A stretch of DNA of 64,000 nt from Bacteroidetes bacterium GWF2_49_14 (GTDB lineage: Bacteria > Bacteroidota > Bacteroidia > Bacteroidales > UBA12481): assembly GCA_001769295.1 (NCBI GenBank), contig MEOR01000081.1, forward strand, positions 40,633 through 104,632, written 5' to 3'. Under the pieces are notes generated by a model, which worked only from the letters and a program-made list of their open reading frames with translations, was not told the origin of the DNA and did no database searches. Of the stretch, positions 1 to 8,476 are shown one piece after another (positions within the stretch are counted from its first letter, which is position 1; each line of letters starts with the position of its first letter). A program made the position numbers and the translations under genes.

Positions 1-1905
1 GCCATAGGAAAGGTTATCACCATAATAACGGATTCTTACATTATCCACTTCATAAGGGATCAAGTCCCATAAATACTTATAATATAGCTCAGTAGTAAAT
101 TTAAATGGCCGGTTCCAGGCCATGAAATAGTAATCTGTTCCACCGACCACATGTATGGATTTCTGGGCTTTGACATCCGGATTCATCTTTCCTGATAAAT
201 CCCTGAACTCCTTAAAAAGTGCCGGCTGATGGTAGGCTCCGGCAGAAAGCCTGAATTGCAGATCCTTCTCCCAGGCCGGCAGAAATGAGATACTGGTGCG
301 CGGGCTTATCAGCAATTCCCTGTTAATAGTCATAAAGGTGCCCCGTAATCCGCCGGTCAAAATAAGTTTGCCAGATGGCAGGCTTTTTTCCCAGGAATCC
401 CGCACATACCCTGTCAATTGATTTTGTGTCAGTTCCGACTCGGCGAAGTGAGTCTGGTAGAGGTTCACGGATGAATCAGAATAGGGCAGGGAATAGCCGG
501 CCGAATCCATCATCATCCATTCTTCAATCCGGTCCGTGAAAAAGCTGTGTTGCAGCCTGGCTCCCCATTGCAGTGAATGATTCCCAGGCGCCCTCCATTT
601 TCCTTTGTACTCCAGGCTGAAAACATTGGCCTTTAGCCTGTTTCGGGCATGATCCAGAAAAGTCCCAACTCCGATATTGACAATACTGTCGGCAAAATTA
701 TCTGAGTTCAATCTCTCATCAAGTTCATTCAGAAGATATTGCCCCTGGATATCGAATGATTCAGTCTCCTCAGTCCGGAAGGCTGAGACTATCCATTTCA
801 TTTCCAGATTATTATCTGGATGGAATGTGGCTGTTGCCGCGCCCATGTAAGTACTAAAGGCATCCACCTCTTTGCCGTCAAACCAGATTTCAAGCTGAAT
901 GGCATCCTTAACGGTTCCGAAAGATGTCTCGCTGTATTTTGGGATAAAATTATATCGGTTGCTGGCAATGTTACCGAGAAAACTTAGCTCCCAAACATCG
1001 GAGAGATCATAGGTAAGATAGGTCTGAAAATCGAAAAACTTTGGGTCATAATCACCTTTTGTTTCCAGACTGTTTAAAAGGTATTTATTTGATTTGTAAC
1101 GTATTCCTGTGATAAAGGAAAACCTCCGGTTTTTGCTCGTGCCTTCCAGGTGCACAGATCCGCCAAGCAAGCTCAGACTTGATGATCCTGCAAAAAAAGT
1201 GGGCTTTTTGTAGCGGATGTCGAGCACGGAGGATAACCTGTCGCCATATCGGGCATCGAATCCTCCGGCAGAGAAAAGGACCGAGGAAACCAAATCGGGA
1301 TTGATAAAGCTGAGGCCTTCCTGCTGACCCGACCGGATGAGGAAAGGTCGGTAAATCTCAATATCATTGACGTAGACGAGGTTTTCGTCGAAATTTCCAC
1401 CCCTGACAGAATACTGGGAGCTGAGTTCGTTGGTTGAAACCACACCCATCATGGTTTTGATAATTCCTTCAAAGCTTCCGGATGCATTCGGCAATACGGA
1501 AACCGCTTTAGGGTCAATTCGGACAAGATTTGAGCCCGGATCCCGATCCGCCCGGATAACCACCTCATCTACGGTTTCTACCATCGGAACCAAATCAATA
1601 TCCAGGTTAATGTTGAGGGGATCCGGGTAATCTGCCGGATGCAACTGGATTTCCCTTCTCTGGTATCCCAGCCTTGACACTGCGATCAGTATCTCATTTT
1701 TCCGGGTTGTAATTAACCGGTAAAAACCTTTTGAGTCCGTTGTGGAGCCTGCGGAGGTGCCTAATACGGCAATATTTGCCAGTTCAACGAATTCGCCCGT
1801 GGCTTCTTTAACAACACCAGAAATCCTGACGGTATTCTGAGCGGGTAAAGCAATGCTCACCACCCACATCAGAATAAGCAAGACCCCGAAACCTGATGGT
1901 CTCAT
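1..1905 (-). CDS. TonB-dependent outer-membrane receptor with N-terminal carboxypeptidase-regulatory-like domain (N-terminal 635 codons; C-terminus lies beyond window start)
   Basis: Absent from the ORF track because it runs off the window edge. Manual translation from ATG (complement) at 1905 gives MRPSGFGVLLILMWVVSIALPAQNTVRISGVVKEATGEFVELANIAVLG...VDEVVIRADRDPGS...YSVRGGNFDENLVYVNDIEIYRP...GGFDARYGDRLSSVLDI. That is a signal peptide, a CarboxypepD_reg-like domain and plug-domain motifs. The frame ends exactly at nt 1. I checked it at both ends but not every codon. Confidence 0.75.
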   Translation of the reverse strand, partial: MRPSGFGVLLILMWVVSIALPAQNTVRISGVVKEATGEFVELANIAVLGTSAGSTTDSKGFYRLITTRKNEILIAVSRLGYQRREIQLHPADYPDPLNINLDIDLVPMVETVDEVVIRADRDPGSNLVRIDPKAVSVLPNASGSFEGIIKTMMGVVSTNELSSQYSVRGGNFDENLVYVNDIEIYRPFLIRSGQQEGLSFINPDLVSSVLFSAGGFDARYGDRLSSVLDIRYKKPTFFAGSSSLSLLGGSVHLEGTSKNRRFSFITGIRYKSNKYLLNSLETKGDYDPKFFDFQTYLTYDLSDVWELSFLGNIASNRYNFIPKYSETSFGTVKDAIQLEIWFDGKEVDAFSTYMGAATATFHPDNNLEMKWIVSAFRTEETESFDIQGQYLLNELDERLNSDNFADSIVNIGVGTFLDHARNRLKANVFSLEYKGKWRAPGNHSLQWGARLQHSFFTDRIEEWMMMDSAGYSLPYSDSSVNLYQTHFAESELTQNQLTGYVRDSWEKSLPSGKLILTGGLRGTFMTINRELLISPRTSISFLPAWEKDLQFRLSAGAYHQPALFKEFRDLSGKMNPDVKAQKSIHVVGGTDYYFMAWNRPFKFTTELYYKYLWDLIPYEVDNVRIRYYGDNLSYG

Positions 1906-1921
1906 GCAGGGGCCAGGGGCG

Positions 1922-2566
1922 TTACTTTTTCTTAAAATCACCGTTTTTCAGAGCTTTAAAGAATTGTGCCCAGGCCAGTGGATTGGTTATATTGACCGGA
2001 GGTAACTGGCCTGCCCAGTATAAACGGTCATTATAGGTTTTCATTGTATTGCGGAAGGCCATTGTGGGAGTAGCCGGCGCATTAATCAGCATAGCCTTGA
2101 GGTCCATCATATTCAGGTTTTTTATGGCTCTGTCAAGGTCTGTTCTGGGCAGTTCATAGGCCAGGAATGCCTGCTTGAACCGTTCATAATTACCTTGCCA
2201 GGGTTTAATAACCAGTTCGCGAAGCTGTATCGTGTCCTGGAACAATTGAATCGGAATAAAAGGATATTTAACTGAAAAGGTATCACGAACTATATAGGTC
2301 AGATATTTGAACCCTATAGCCCTGAAGATAATGGTGTCATTTACCTCTGCAGGAAAATTAAAGTTTCCCTGGAGATCGCTCGCCCCTGCAAGCCCTTTAT
2401 TCACCATAAGAATGTGTACATATGGGACAGGCTCATTCATTTCGGTAACGGTTCTCCCGGTAAGATGAATAATCTGGGGTTTTGTGGGTTCCTGGGAATA
2501 GAGGCAGATACCCGTTGCAAAAAATGCAACATTCAGCAAAAGTAAGGATCTTAAAGCTGGTTTCAT
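1922..2566 (-). CDS. Secreted protein with carboxypeptidase-regulatory-like beta-sandwich domain, function unknown
   Basis: ORF 1922..2602. The likely start is MKPALRSLLLLNVAFFATGICLYSQ (signal peptide) at 2566. IIHLTGRTVTEMNEPVPYVHILMVNKGLAGASDLQGNFNF resembles the CarboxypepD_reg pattern. Confidence 0.5.
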   Translation of the reverse strand: MKPALRSLLLLNVAFFATGICLYSQEPTKPQIIHLTGRTVTEMNEPVPYVHILMVNKGLAGASDLQGNFNFPAEVNDTIIFRAIGFKYLTYIVRDTFSVKYPFIPIQLFQDTIQLRELVIKPWQGNYERFKQAFLAYELPRTDLDRAIKNLNMMDLKAMLINAPATPTMAFRNTMKTYNDRLYWAGQLPPVNITNPLAWAQFFKALKNGDFKKK

Positions 2567-2672
2567 CATGAGGCAAATATACCTGAAAACGATTGTCGGC
2601 AAGAAAAATTATGGATACTTTTGCGATGGGCAGCATAATCTTGGCTGCCTTTTTAATTCAATTAAAGAAATA

Positions 2673-4286
2673 ATGGGACAATTAGTACTTCTGGGGGCTG
2701 AAGCAATCGCACAGGGAGCATTGGATGCCGGTATGTCAGGTATTTATGCCTATCCGGGGACCCCGTCAACCGAAATTACGGAGTATGTTCAGAGAAATAA
2801 GTATGCCCGGGACAACGGAATCCGCAGCAGTTGGTCGGCAAATGAGAAAACCGCCCTGGAATCTGCCCTTGGGATGTCATATGCAGGTAAAAAATCGATG
2901 GTGTGCATGAAACATGTCGGACTGAATGTTGCAGCCGATGGGTTTCTCAATTCGGCGATAACCGGAGCAGGAGGTGGTTTTATCGTAACTGTCGCCGATG
3001 ATCCGTCAATGCACTCTTCCCAGAATGAACAGGACTCCCGCTTTTATGCTGATTTTGCCCTGTTGCCGGTATTTGAGCCATCAAGTCAGCAAGAAGCGTA
3101 TGATATGGTATTCAGTGCATTCACCTTATCAGAAAAGTTTGGCATTCCTGTTATGATGAGGATAACAACCCGGCTTTCGCATTCCCGCGCCTCTATAACC
3201 ACCTTATCCCCGAGGAGCCAGAATGCCCTGAAATTGCCGGAAGATCCGAGGCAGTTTGTTTTATTGCCATCCATAGCCAGGAAAAGATATAAGATGCTGC
3301 TGGGTATTCAGAACCAGTTGATTACCGAATCTGATAAATCGGGTTATAATTCTTTTGAACCCGGTACGGACCATTCCCTGGGAATAATTGCCTGCGGGAT
3401 TGCCTGTAATTACGTCAAAGAGAATTTTCCGGGTGGATTACCTTATCCCATGCTTAAGATTTGCCAGTATCCGGCACCCGAAGAACTCATCCGTAAAATG
3501 GCCGTGGAATGTAAAACGATCCTTGTATTGGAAGAAGGATACCCGTTATTGGAATCAAAACTTAAAGGACTGCTAAACAATACCAACCTGACGATTAAGG
3601 GACGCCTCGACGGTACATTGCCCAGGGATGGCGAGCTGACCCCCGATATTGTCGGCCTGGCATTGGGTTGCAAGGTCGCCCTTGGTCCTGACATCCCCGA
3701 ATTTCTGGCCAACCGGCCGCCTTCGATGTGCAAGGGTTGTGGACATATTGATACATTTCTCGCCCTGAAAGAGGCTATCAGCGAATTTGGCGGCGACCGG
3801 ACATTCTCGGATATCGGCTGCTATACCCTTGCAGCACTTCCACCACTCGATGCAGTTAATTCCTGCGTTGACATGGGGGCATCTATAACAATGGCCAAAG
3901 GCGCTGCCGATGCCGGCCTCATTCCTGCAGTCGCCTTTATCGGCGATTCCACTTTTACACATTCCGGCATGACGGGTTTGCTCGATGCTATAAATGAAGA
4001 CAGCCCGATTACCGTTATTATTTCTGATAATGAAACCACTGGAATGACCGGAGGCCAGACCTCAGCTGCTTTCGGTAAGTTAGAGGGCATTTGCCGGGGT
4101 TTGGGCGTTCCGGAGGAGCATCTGAAAATTATAACTCCTTTGAAAAAGAATCAGGAACCTAACGTTGATGTTATCAGCCGGGAGCTTAAGCATCCAGGCA
4201 TTTCAGTAATCATCAGCCGCAGGGAATGCATTCAGACAGCTATTAAAAGAAAAAAAGAGGAAAAATCCCGAAAAACCGAACCATGA
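2673..4286 (+). CDS. iorA: Indolepyruvate:ferredoxin oxidoreductase, alpha subunit
   Basis: ORF 2568..4286. The conserved N-terminus MGQLVLLGAEAIAQGALDAGMSGIYAYPGTPSTEI begins at ATG 2673. TPP-binding region GDSTFTHSGMTGLLDA is present. The gene is followed by iorB with an ATGA overlap. Confidence 0.85.
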   Translation: MGQLVLLGAEAIAQGALDAGMSGIYAYPGTPSTEITEYVQRNKYARDNGIRSSWSANEKTALESALGMSYAGKKSMVCMKHVGLNVAADGFLNSAITGAGGGFIVTVADDPSMHSSQNEQDSRFYADFALLPVFEPSSQQEAYDMVFSAFTLSEKFGIPVMMRITTRLSHSRASITTLSPRSQNALKLPEDPRQFVLLPSIARKRYKMLLGIQNQLITESDKSGYNSFEPGTDHSLGIIACGIACNYVKENFPGGLPYPMLKICQYPAPEELIRKMAVECKTILVLEEGYPLLESKLKGLLNNTNLTIKGRLDGTLPRDGELTPDIVGLALGCKVALGPDIPEFLANRPPSMCKGCGHIDTFLALKEAISEFGGDRTFSDIGCYTLAALPPLDAVNSCVDMGASITMAKGAADAGLIPAVAFIGDSTFTHSGMTGLLDAINEDSPITVIISDNETTGMTGGQTSAAFGKLEGICRGLGVPEEHLKIITPLKKNQEPNVDVISRELKHPGISVIISRRECIQTAIKRKKEEKSRKTEP

Positions 4287-4855
4287 AAACCGATATCATT
4301 TTAGCCGGAGTAGGAGGGCAGGGTATATTGACAATAGCCGCTGTGATTGGCTTTGCCTCACTTCATGAAAAACTTTTTATCAAGCAGTCAGAAGTTCATG
4401 GCATGAGTCAACGAGGAGGTGCTGTTCAATCTCACCTGCGAATCTCTTCGGATCCTGTTTCATCGGATCTTATACCGCTCGGCCGGGCCAGCCTGATACT
4501 ATCAGTTGAGCCCATGGAAGCTCTTCGTTACCTGCCCTATCTTTCAAAGGATGGATGGGTGATAACAAGCGTGGTCCCGTTTGTGAATATTTCTGATTAT
4601 CCCGATATGACAATGATTGAGAATTCGATCATAAAAATTGCCAATCATATTCTACTGGACGCCGAAAAGGTTGCGAAAGAATGCGGTTCGCCAAAATCCT
4701 CAAATATTGTCATGCTTGGCGCAGCGTCCGGTCATGTCGACCTCTCTTTCGAAGCCTTAAGGAAAGGAGTGGAAATGGTTTTTGGCAGGAAGGGTCAGGA
4801 TATGGTCGACGCTAACCTTCGTGCTCTTGATGCCGGGAAAACTTTTAGCCGTTAA
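4283..4855 (+). CDS. iorB: Indolepyruvate:ferredoxin oxidoreductase, beta subunit
   Basis: 190 aa. MKTDIILAGVGGQGILTIAAVIG is typical of the gamma-type 2-oxoacid:ferredoxin oxidoreductase domain. 4-nt overlap with iorA. Confidence 0.8.
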   Translation: MKTDIILAGVGGQGILTIAAVIGFASLHEKLFIKQSEVHGMSQRGGAVQSHLRISSDPVSSDLIPLGRASLILSVEPMEALRYLPYLSKDGWVITSVVPFVNISDYPDMTMIENSIIKIANHILLDAEKVAKECGSPKSSNIVMLGAASGHVDLSFEALRKGVEMVFGRKGQDMVDANLRALDAGKTFSR

Positions 4856-4863
4856 CTTCGTAA

Positions 4864-5769
4864 TTACCAGATTTTTGAAGGATAGATGCCGTCCTTGTAC
4901 ATTTGGTTCAACCGATCTACAACTACGGGTTTGTCTGCCTGGTACGTAACTCCAAACCATTGTGCCTGGCTTTCAAGGACCCTCACCTTAATCAATCCGC
5001 TGCTGATCATGAGGTTTACTCCATAGGGAATGTAAAATTCAGATTTCAGTTCATTTCCCCGCTCCCTCAGAAAACCCGAGAATAATTCTTTTAAGGGCTG
5101 CAGAATAGCCGGTGTAAAACCCCAGAAATTCATTGAAACAACCTCGTCCCCCAGAAGTGTGTGCTCCTTTTGCTCCTCACCCAGATAAATGATCCTGCTG
5201 TCTTTCTCTTCAATATGCGTGCGTTCAACCACATCTGTCAGGTAGTTTGAAGCATCAACCGAACAGATTCCGCGCGAAACGGCCCCGTTTTCAGAAAGAG
5301 TGTTCGCGATCGAGTATCCGACCATGGATTGAATACTGATATCTGACGGGGAAAGGGCTGAAAGAAGCTCAGCCATAACCCTGAAGGCATCCTTGCCATA
5401 ATAGTCATCCCCGTTGATCACTGCAAACGGCTCCTTGAGTTTATGCGCAGCGCAAAGCACCGCGTGCCCTGTTCCCCAGGGTTTTTGCCGTTCAGGATTG
5501 ACAGTTATGCCCGATGGAATATCGGTAAGCCTTTGTACAACATGGTCAATGAGAATTCTTGATTTATAGCGGTTGGCAAAAATCAGGTAAAAATCTTCAA
5601 CAATCTCTTCCCTCAGGACAAAGATTACCTTTCCAAACCCGGCTTCAGCAGCATCGTAAACAGAAAAGTCAATTATTGACTCCCCATTGGGGCCCAGCTT
5701 GTCCATCTGCTTCAGGCTTCCATATCTGCTGCCCATTCCAGCTGCCAGCACTAATAATGTTGGTTTCAT
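4864..5769 (-). CDS. Sugar-phosphate nucleotidyltransferase family protein
   Basis: ORF 4864..5817, probable start MKPTLLVLAAGMGSRYGSLKQ at 5769. Shows the G-x-G-[ST]-R nucleotidyltransferase signature, PWGTGHAV and INGDDYYG. Confidence 0.6.
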   Translation of the reverse strand: MKPTLLVLAAGMGSRYGSLKQMDKLGPNGESIIDFSVYDAAEAGFGKVIFVLREEIVEDFYLIFANRYKSRILIDHVVQRLTDIPSGITVNPERQKPWGTGHAVLCAAHKLKEPFAVINGDDYYGKDAFRVMAELLSALSPSDISIQSMVGYSIANTLSENGAVSRGICSVDASNYLTDVVERTHIEEKDSRIIYLGEEQKEHTLLGDEVVSMNFWGFTPAILQPLKELFSGFLRERGNELKSEFYIPYGVNLMISSGLIKVRVLESQAQWFGVTYQADKPVVVDRLNQMYKDGIYPSKIW

Positions 5770-5860
5770 TGAAGATCTGTTAGAATTTGGGGCAAAAATA
5801 ACAATATGACCTATCATCTGGCGTTTTCTTTATATTTGAATCAATAAATTCTTATTAGCC

Positions 5861-6040
5861 GTGGAAAACACTATTAAAATCATTGAGACCATGACCAAAG
5901 CCGGCAAAGCGCTGAAAGCCGGGGAATTGGTGGAATTATGCGGATTATCAAGGGACGAAGTGGACAAAGCCCTCAAGCAGCTGAAAAAGGAAGAAAAGAT
6001 TACCTCGCCGAAAGTTTGTTACTGGGAACCCAAAAAGTAG
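5861..6040 (+). CDS. Small winged-helix (MarR-like) DNA-binding protein, 59 aa (49 aa if ATG 5891 is used)
   Basis: Below the 60-aa cutoff of the ORF track. Manual translation: VENTIKIIETMTKAGKALKAGELVELCGLSRDEVDKALKQLKKEEKITSPKVCYWEPKK*. This is an HTH-like pattern. The stop lies 5 nt before the next gene's ATG. A TATATTTG (-7-like) box lies at 5831..5838. Confidence 0.5.
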   Translation: MENTIKIIETMTKAGKALKAGELVELCGLSRDEVDKALKQLKKEEKITSPKVCYWEPKK

Positions 6041-6045
6041 AGTAC

Positions 6046-7194
6046 ATGAACAAGGGGAAATCGGTCTTATCTGCTGTTGGATTACTATCCATGCTGATAT
6101 TTTGCGGATGCAATGAGCCGGCACCGCAGACAGGTTCCTTCAGCACCCTCACAGTTCCGCCGATGCCTTCCCCGAAGGGTTATGTATGTTATAAAGTAGT
6201 TGGTGAAATTATTCCTGATGGAAGGTTAAATGAAAAGAGTTGGGAATCAGCTCCCTGGACGGATTATTTCGCAGATATTGAAGGAGTTACAAAACCTGAA
6301 CCCCGTTTCAGGACCCGTGCAAAGATGCTTTGGGACAGTGTTAACCTGTATATCGCAGCACATTTGGAAGAGCCACATTTATGGGCCCGATTGAAGCAGC
6401 GCGATACAGTCATCTTCTATGACCATGATTTTGAGGTATTTATCGATCCGGATGGAGATGCACACGGATATTACGAGCTGGAAGTCAATGCGCTTGGAAC
6501 GGCCTGGGATCTGCTTTTGTTGAAACCATACAGGGATGGAGGTCCCCCGGTAAACAGCTGGGATATTCAGGGACTGGATATCGGGATTAATCTTGATGGG
6601 AGCCTGAATGACCCTTCTGATATGGATTCGGGTTGGACTGTGGAAATGAAATTGCCGTTATCCGTTTTAAAAGAATGCGCGGCCAAATCATCACCCCCTG
6701 TTGACGGGGACCAATGGAGAATTAATTTCTCCCGGGTTGAATGGAGAACTTTGATCAGCGGTGGATCCTATCTCAAGGAAACCGATCCCAAAACCGGTAA
6801 GTCCTATCCGGAAGATAACTGGGTATGGTCACCCCAGGGACGCATAAACATGCACATGCCTGAGATGTGGGGATATGTTCAGTTCTCAGGCCTGGTATCG
6901 GGTTCCGGAACAGAGGATTTCAAGCCTGATATTGATTTGCCGGTCAAATGGGCACTCAGGACCATCTATTACCACCAGTATGAGTACTTCAGGCAAAACC
7001 AGAAATATGCAAGAAACCTTGCAGAACTTGGATTAACTGCCGCAAGTTTTCCGGCTGGGACCGGTCTTCCGCAAATGGAGGCCACAGCCAGGAGTTTTGA
7101 GGCGTGGATGAACGGAAAAAAAACGGATTATCCGTATAGTATTAGGGAGGACGGGCGGTTGAGCCTCAGAGCGCCAGAACTACCTGATAAATAG
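6046..7194 (+). CDS. Lipoprotein with carbohydrate-binding family 9 (CBM9/DOMON-like) domain
   Basis: ORF 5938..7194. The real start is probably MNKGKSVLSAVGLLSMLIFCGC (lipobox) at 6046, because the upstream part overlaps the small wHTH gene in another frame. DGRLNEKSWESAPWTDYF...FEVFIDPDGDAHGYYELEVNALGT resembles CBM9-like proteins. Confidence 0.55.
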   Translation: MNKGKSVLSAVGLLSMLIFCGCNEPAPQTGSFSTLTVPPMPSPKGYVCYKVVGEIIPDGRLNEKSWESAPWTDYFADIEGVTKPEPRFRTRAKMLWDSVNLYIAAHLEEPHLWARLKQRDTVIFYDHDFEVFIDPDGDAHGYYELEVNALGTAWDLLLLKPYRDGGPPVNSWDIQGLDIGINLDGSLNDPSDMDSGWTVEMKLPLSVLKECAAKSSPPVDGDQWRINFSRVEWRTLISGGSYLKETDPKTGKSYPEDNWVWSPQGRINMHMPEMWGYVQFSGLVSGSGTEDFKPDIDLPVKWALRTIYYHQYEYFRQNQKYARNLAELGLTAASFPAGTGLPQMEATARSFEAWMNGKKTDYPYSIREDGRLSLRAPELPDK

Positions 7195-8460
7195 ATACCC
7201 AAGCGCGCGGTCAAGGTTTCCGGAAGGCTCATTTGGCTGAATTCTTGCCAAATCGAACAAGTTAACAGCGCATTGTGCCGTAACCTGATTTATTCTGATA
7301 AAACCGGCAGTGTCCATTGTTTTTTCACCGACCGGCAAAACGGCGAAAAGTTCAGACGCCATCAAGGCAGTAGTTTCGATTACCCCTGGATTTCCTCCCA
7401 TCATTTGGGCGACACCGCATGCAGCCATTATTCCGCCTGCGGCTAATTCGTTTTTCCAGCCAAGGTTCAATCCGGAGGCTGAGGCGCGGTTCTGAATCAT
7501 CGTTCCGATAAGGCCGGCAACCCAGAGACCTTCTATGATTTTTTCATCGGCCAGCATATAGTTTTCCTGGATCAGTTTAAAGGAGGCAGGAACAATTGCA
7601 GCGCCACTGCAGGTAGGTGCGGTTATGATAAGCCGGTTATCCAGTATTTCTTCAGCCATTGCCCTGGCATAAACGGCGCATCGTGCTGATTCCGGCGAAA
7701 GTGAAGGACTGTGGTGGATCTGCCTGAGATAATTTTTATAGATTTCTGTAGCCTGACGCTCAGTTCCATCCGGTAGGAATCCGGAAGTTTTCAACCCATG
7801 GTCCAGGCAACCCAGCATAACCTTCCAGGTTGCATTCATGCGCTTGTTAACCTGATCCCGGGTAAATCGGTATCGTGAACATTCTCCCGACAAAATATAA
7901 TCAAGAAGGGTAATTTTTTCGCTTTCGAGAATTAAACGGATTTCTGAAAAAAGCTCTTGAGATGCCATTTCAGTAAACCGGCCAGGTACCTGAACCCCGG
8001 GCCCACGAATAACTCCGTTGCCTGCTGATTGATATTCAGCCTGAAACACTGGCTGACCATCCGGATTGACCAGATGGAACCGGATTGTATTCGGGTGTGT
8101 AAAGTCGTTTGAGGAGCTGTTGAAAATCACATCCGATTCAGGATTGAAAGGCCAGAAATCTCCCATAAAGGAGAAACATCCATTTTCCCGTATCCGGCTG
8201 TAGAAAACCGGCAATCTTACCGGAGAATCCTCAAGTAAAAAACCTCCCAGCCCGCACACGACGGCCATATCTGATAAGTTTTCCTTACCGAGTTCGGAGA
8301 ATTTTCCAAGAAATTCGATAAGTATTCTCTGATGAGGGCGGTAGGGACTCGACAAAAGCAGTTCACGAAAGGCCTGACCGATCCTGAGGGCACCTGTTGT
8401 GAGTAATGAACTGGGACCGATAGCCAGAGAATAAACCTCAAAAATGCTGGGTAAACCCAT
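7180..8460 (-). CDS. L-serine dehydratase (iron-sulfur type) family homolog, divergent; probably lacks the Fe-S ligands
   Basis: 426 aa. The N-terminus SIFEVYSLAIGPSSLLTTGALRIG resembles the SDH beta-domain start (IGPSSSHT). APTCSGAAIVPA and GWKNELAAGGIMAACG...GGNPGVIETTA resemble the alpha domain, but the Cys positions are substituted (see findings). Confidence 0.55.
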   Translation of the reverse strand: MGLPSIFEVYSLAIGPSSLLTTGALRIGQAFRELLLSSPYRPHQRILIEFLGKFSELGKENLSDMAVVCGLGGFLLEDSPVRLPVFYSRIRENGCFSFMGDFWPFNPESDVIFNSSSNDFTHPNTIRFHLVNPDGQPVFQAEYQSAGNGVIRGPGVQVPGRFTEMASQELFSEIRLILESEKITLLDYILSGECSRYRFTRDQVNKRMNATWKVMLGCLDHGLKTSGFLPDGTERQATEIYKNYLRQIHHSPSLSPESARCAVYARAMAEEILDNRLIITAPTCSGAAIVPASFKLIQENYMLADEKIIEGLWVAGLIGTMIQNRASASGLNLGWKNELAAGGIMAACGVAQMMGGNPGVIETTALMASELFAVLPVGEKTMDTAGFIRINQVTAQCAVNLFDLARIQPNEPSGNLDRALGYLFIR

Positions 8461-8476
8461 CTGGCAGAAGCTTTAT

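Noticed and set aside
2568-2672. 35-codon N-terminal extension of iorA in the track ORF
   Set aside because: It overlaps the divergent upstream gene's start region, and the conserved IorA N-terminus begins at Met36 (ATG 2673).
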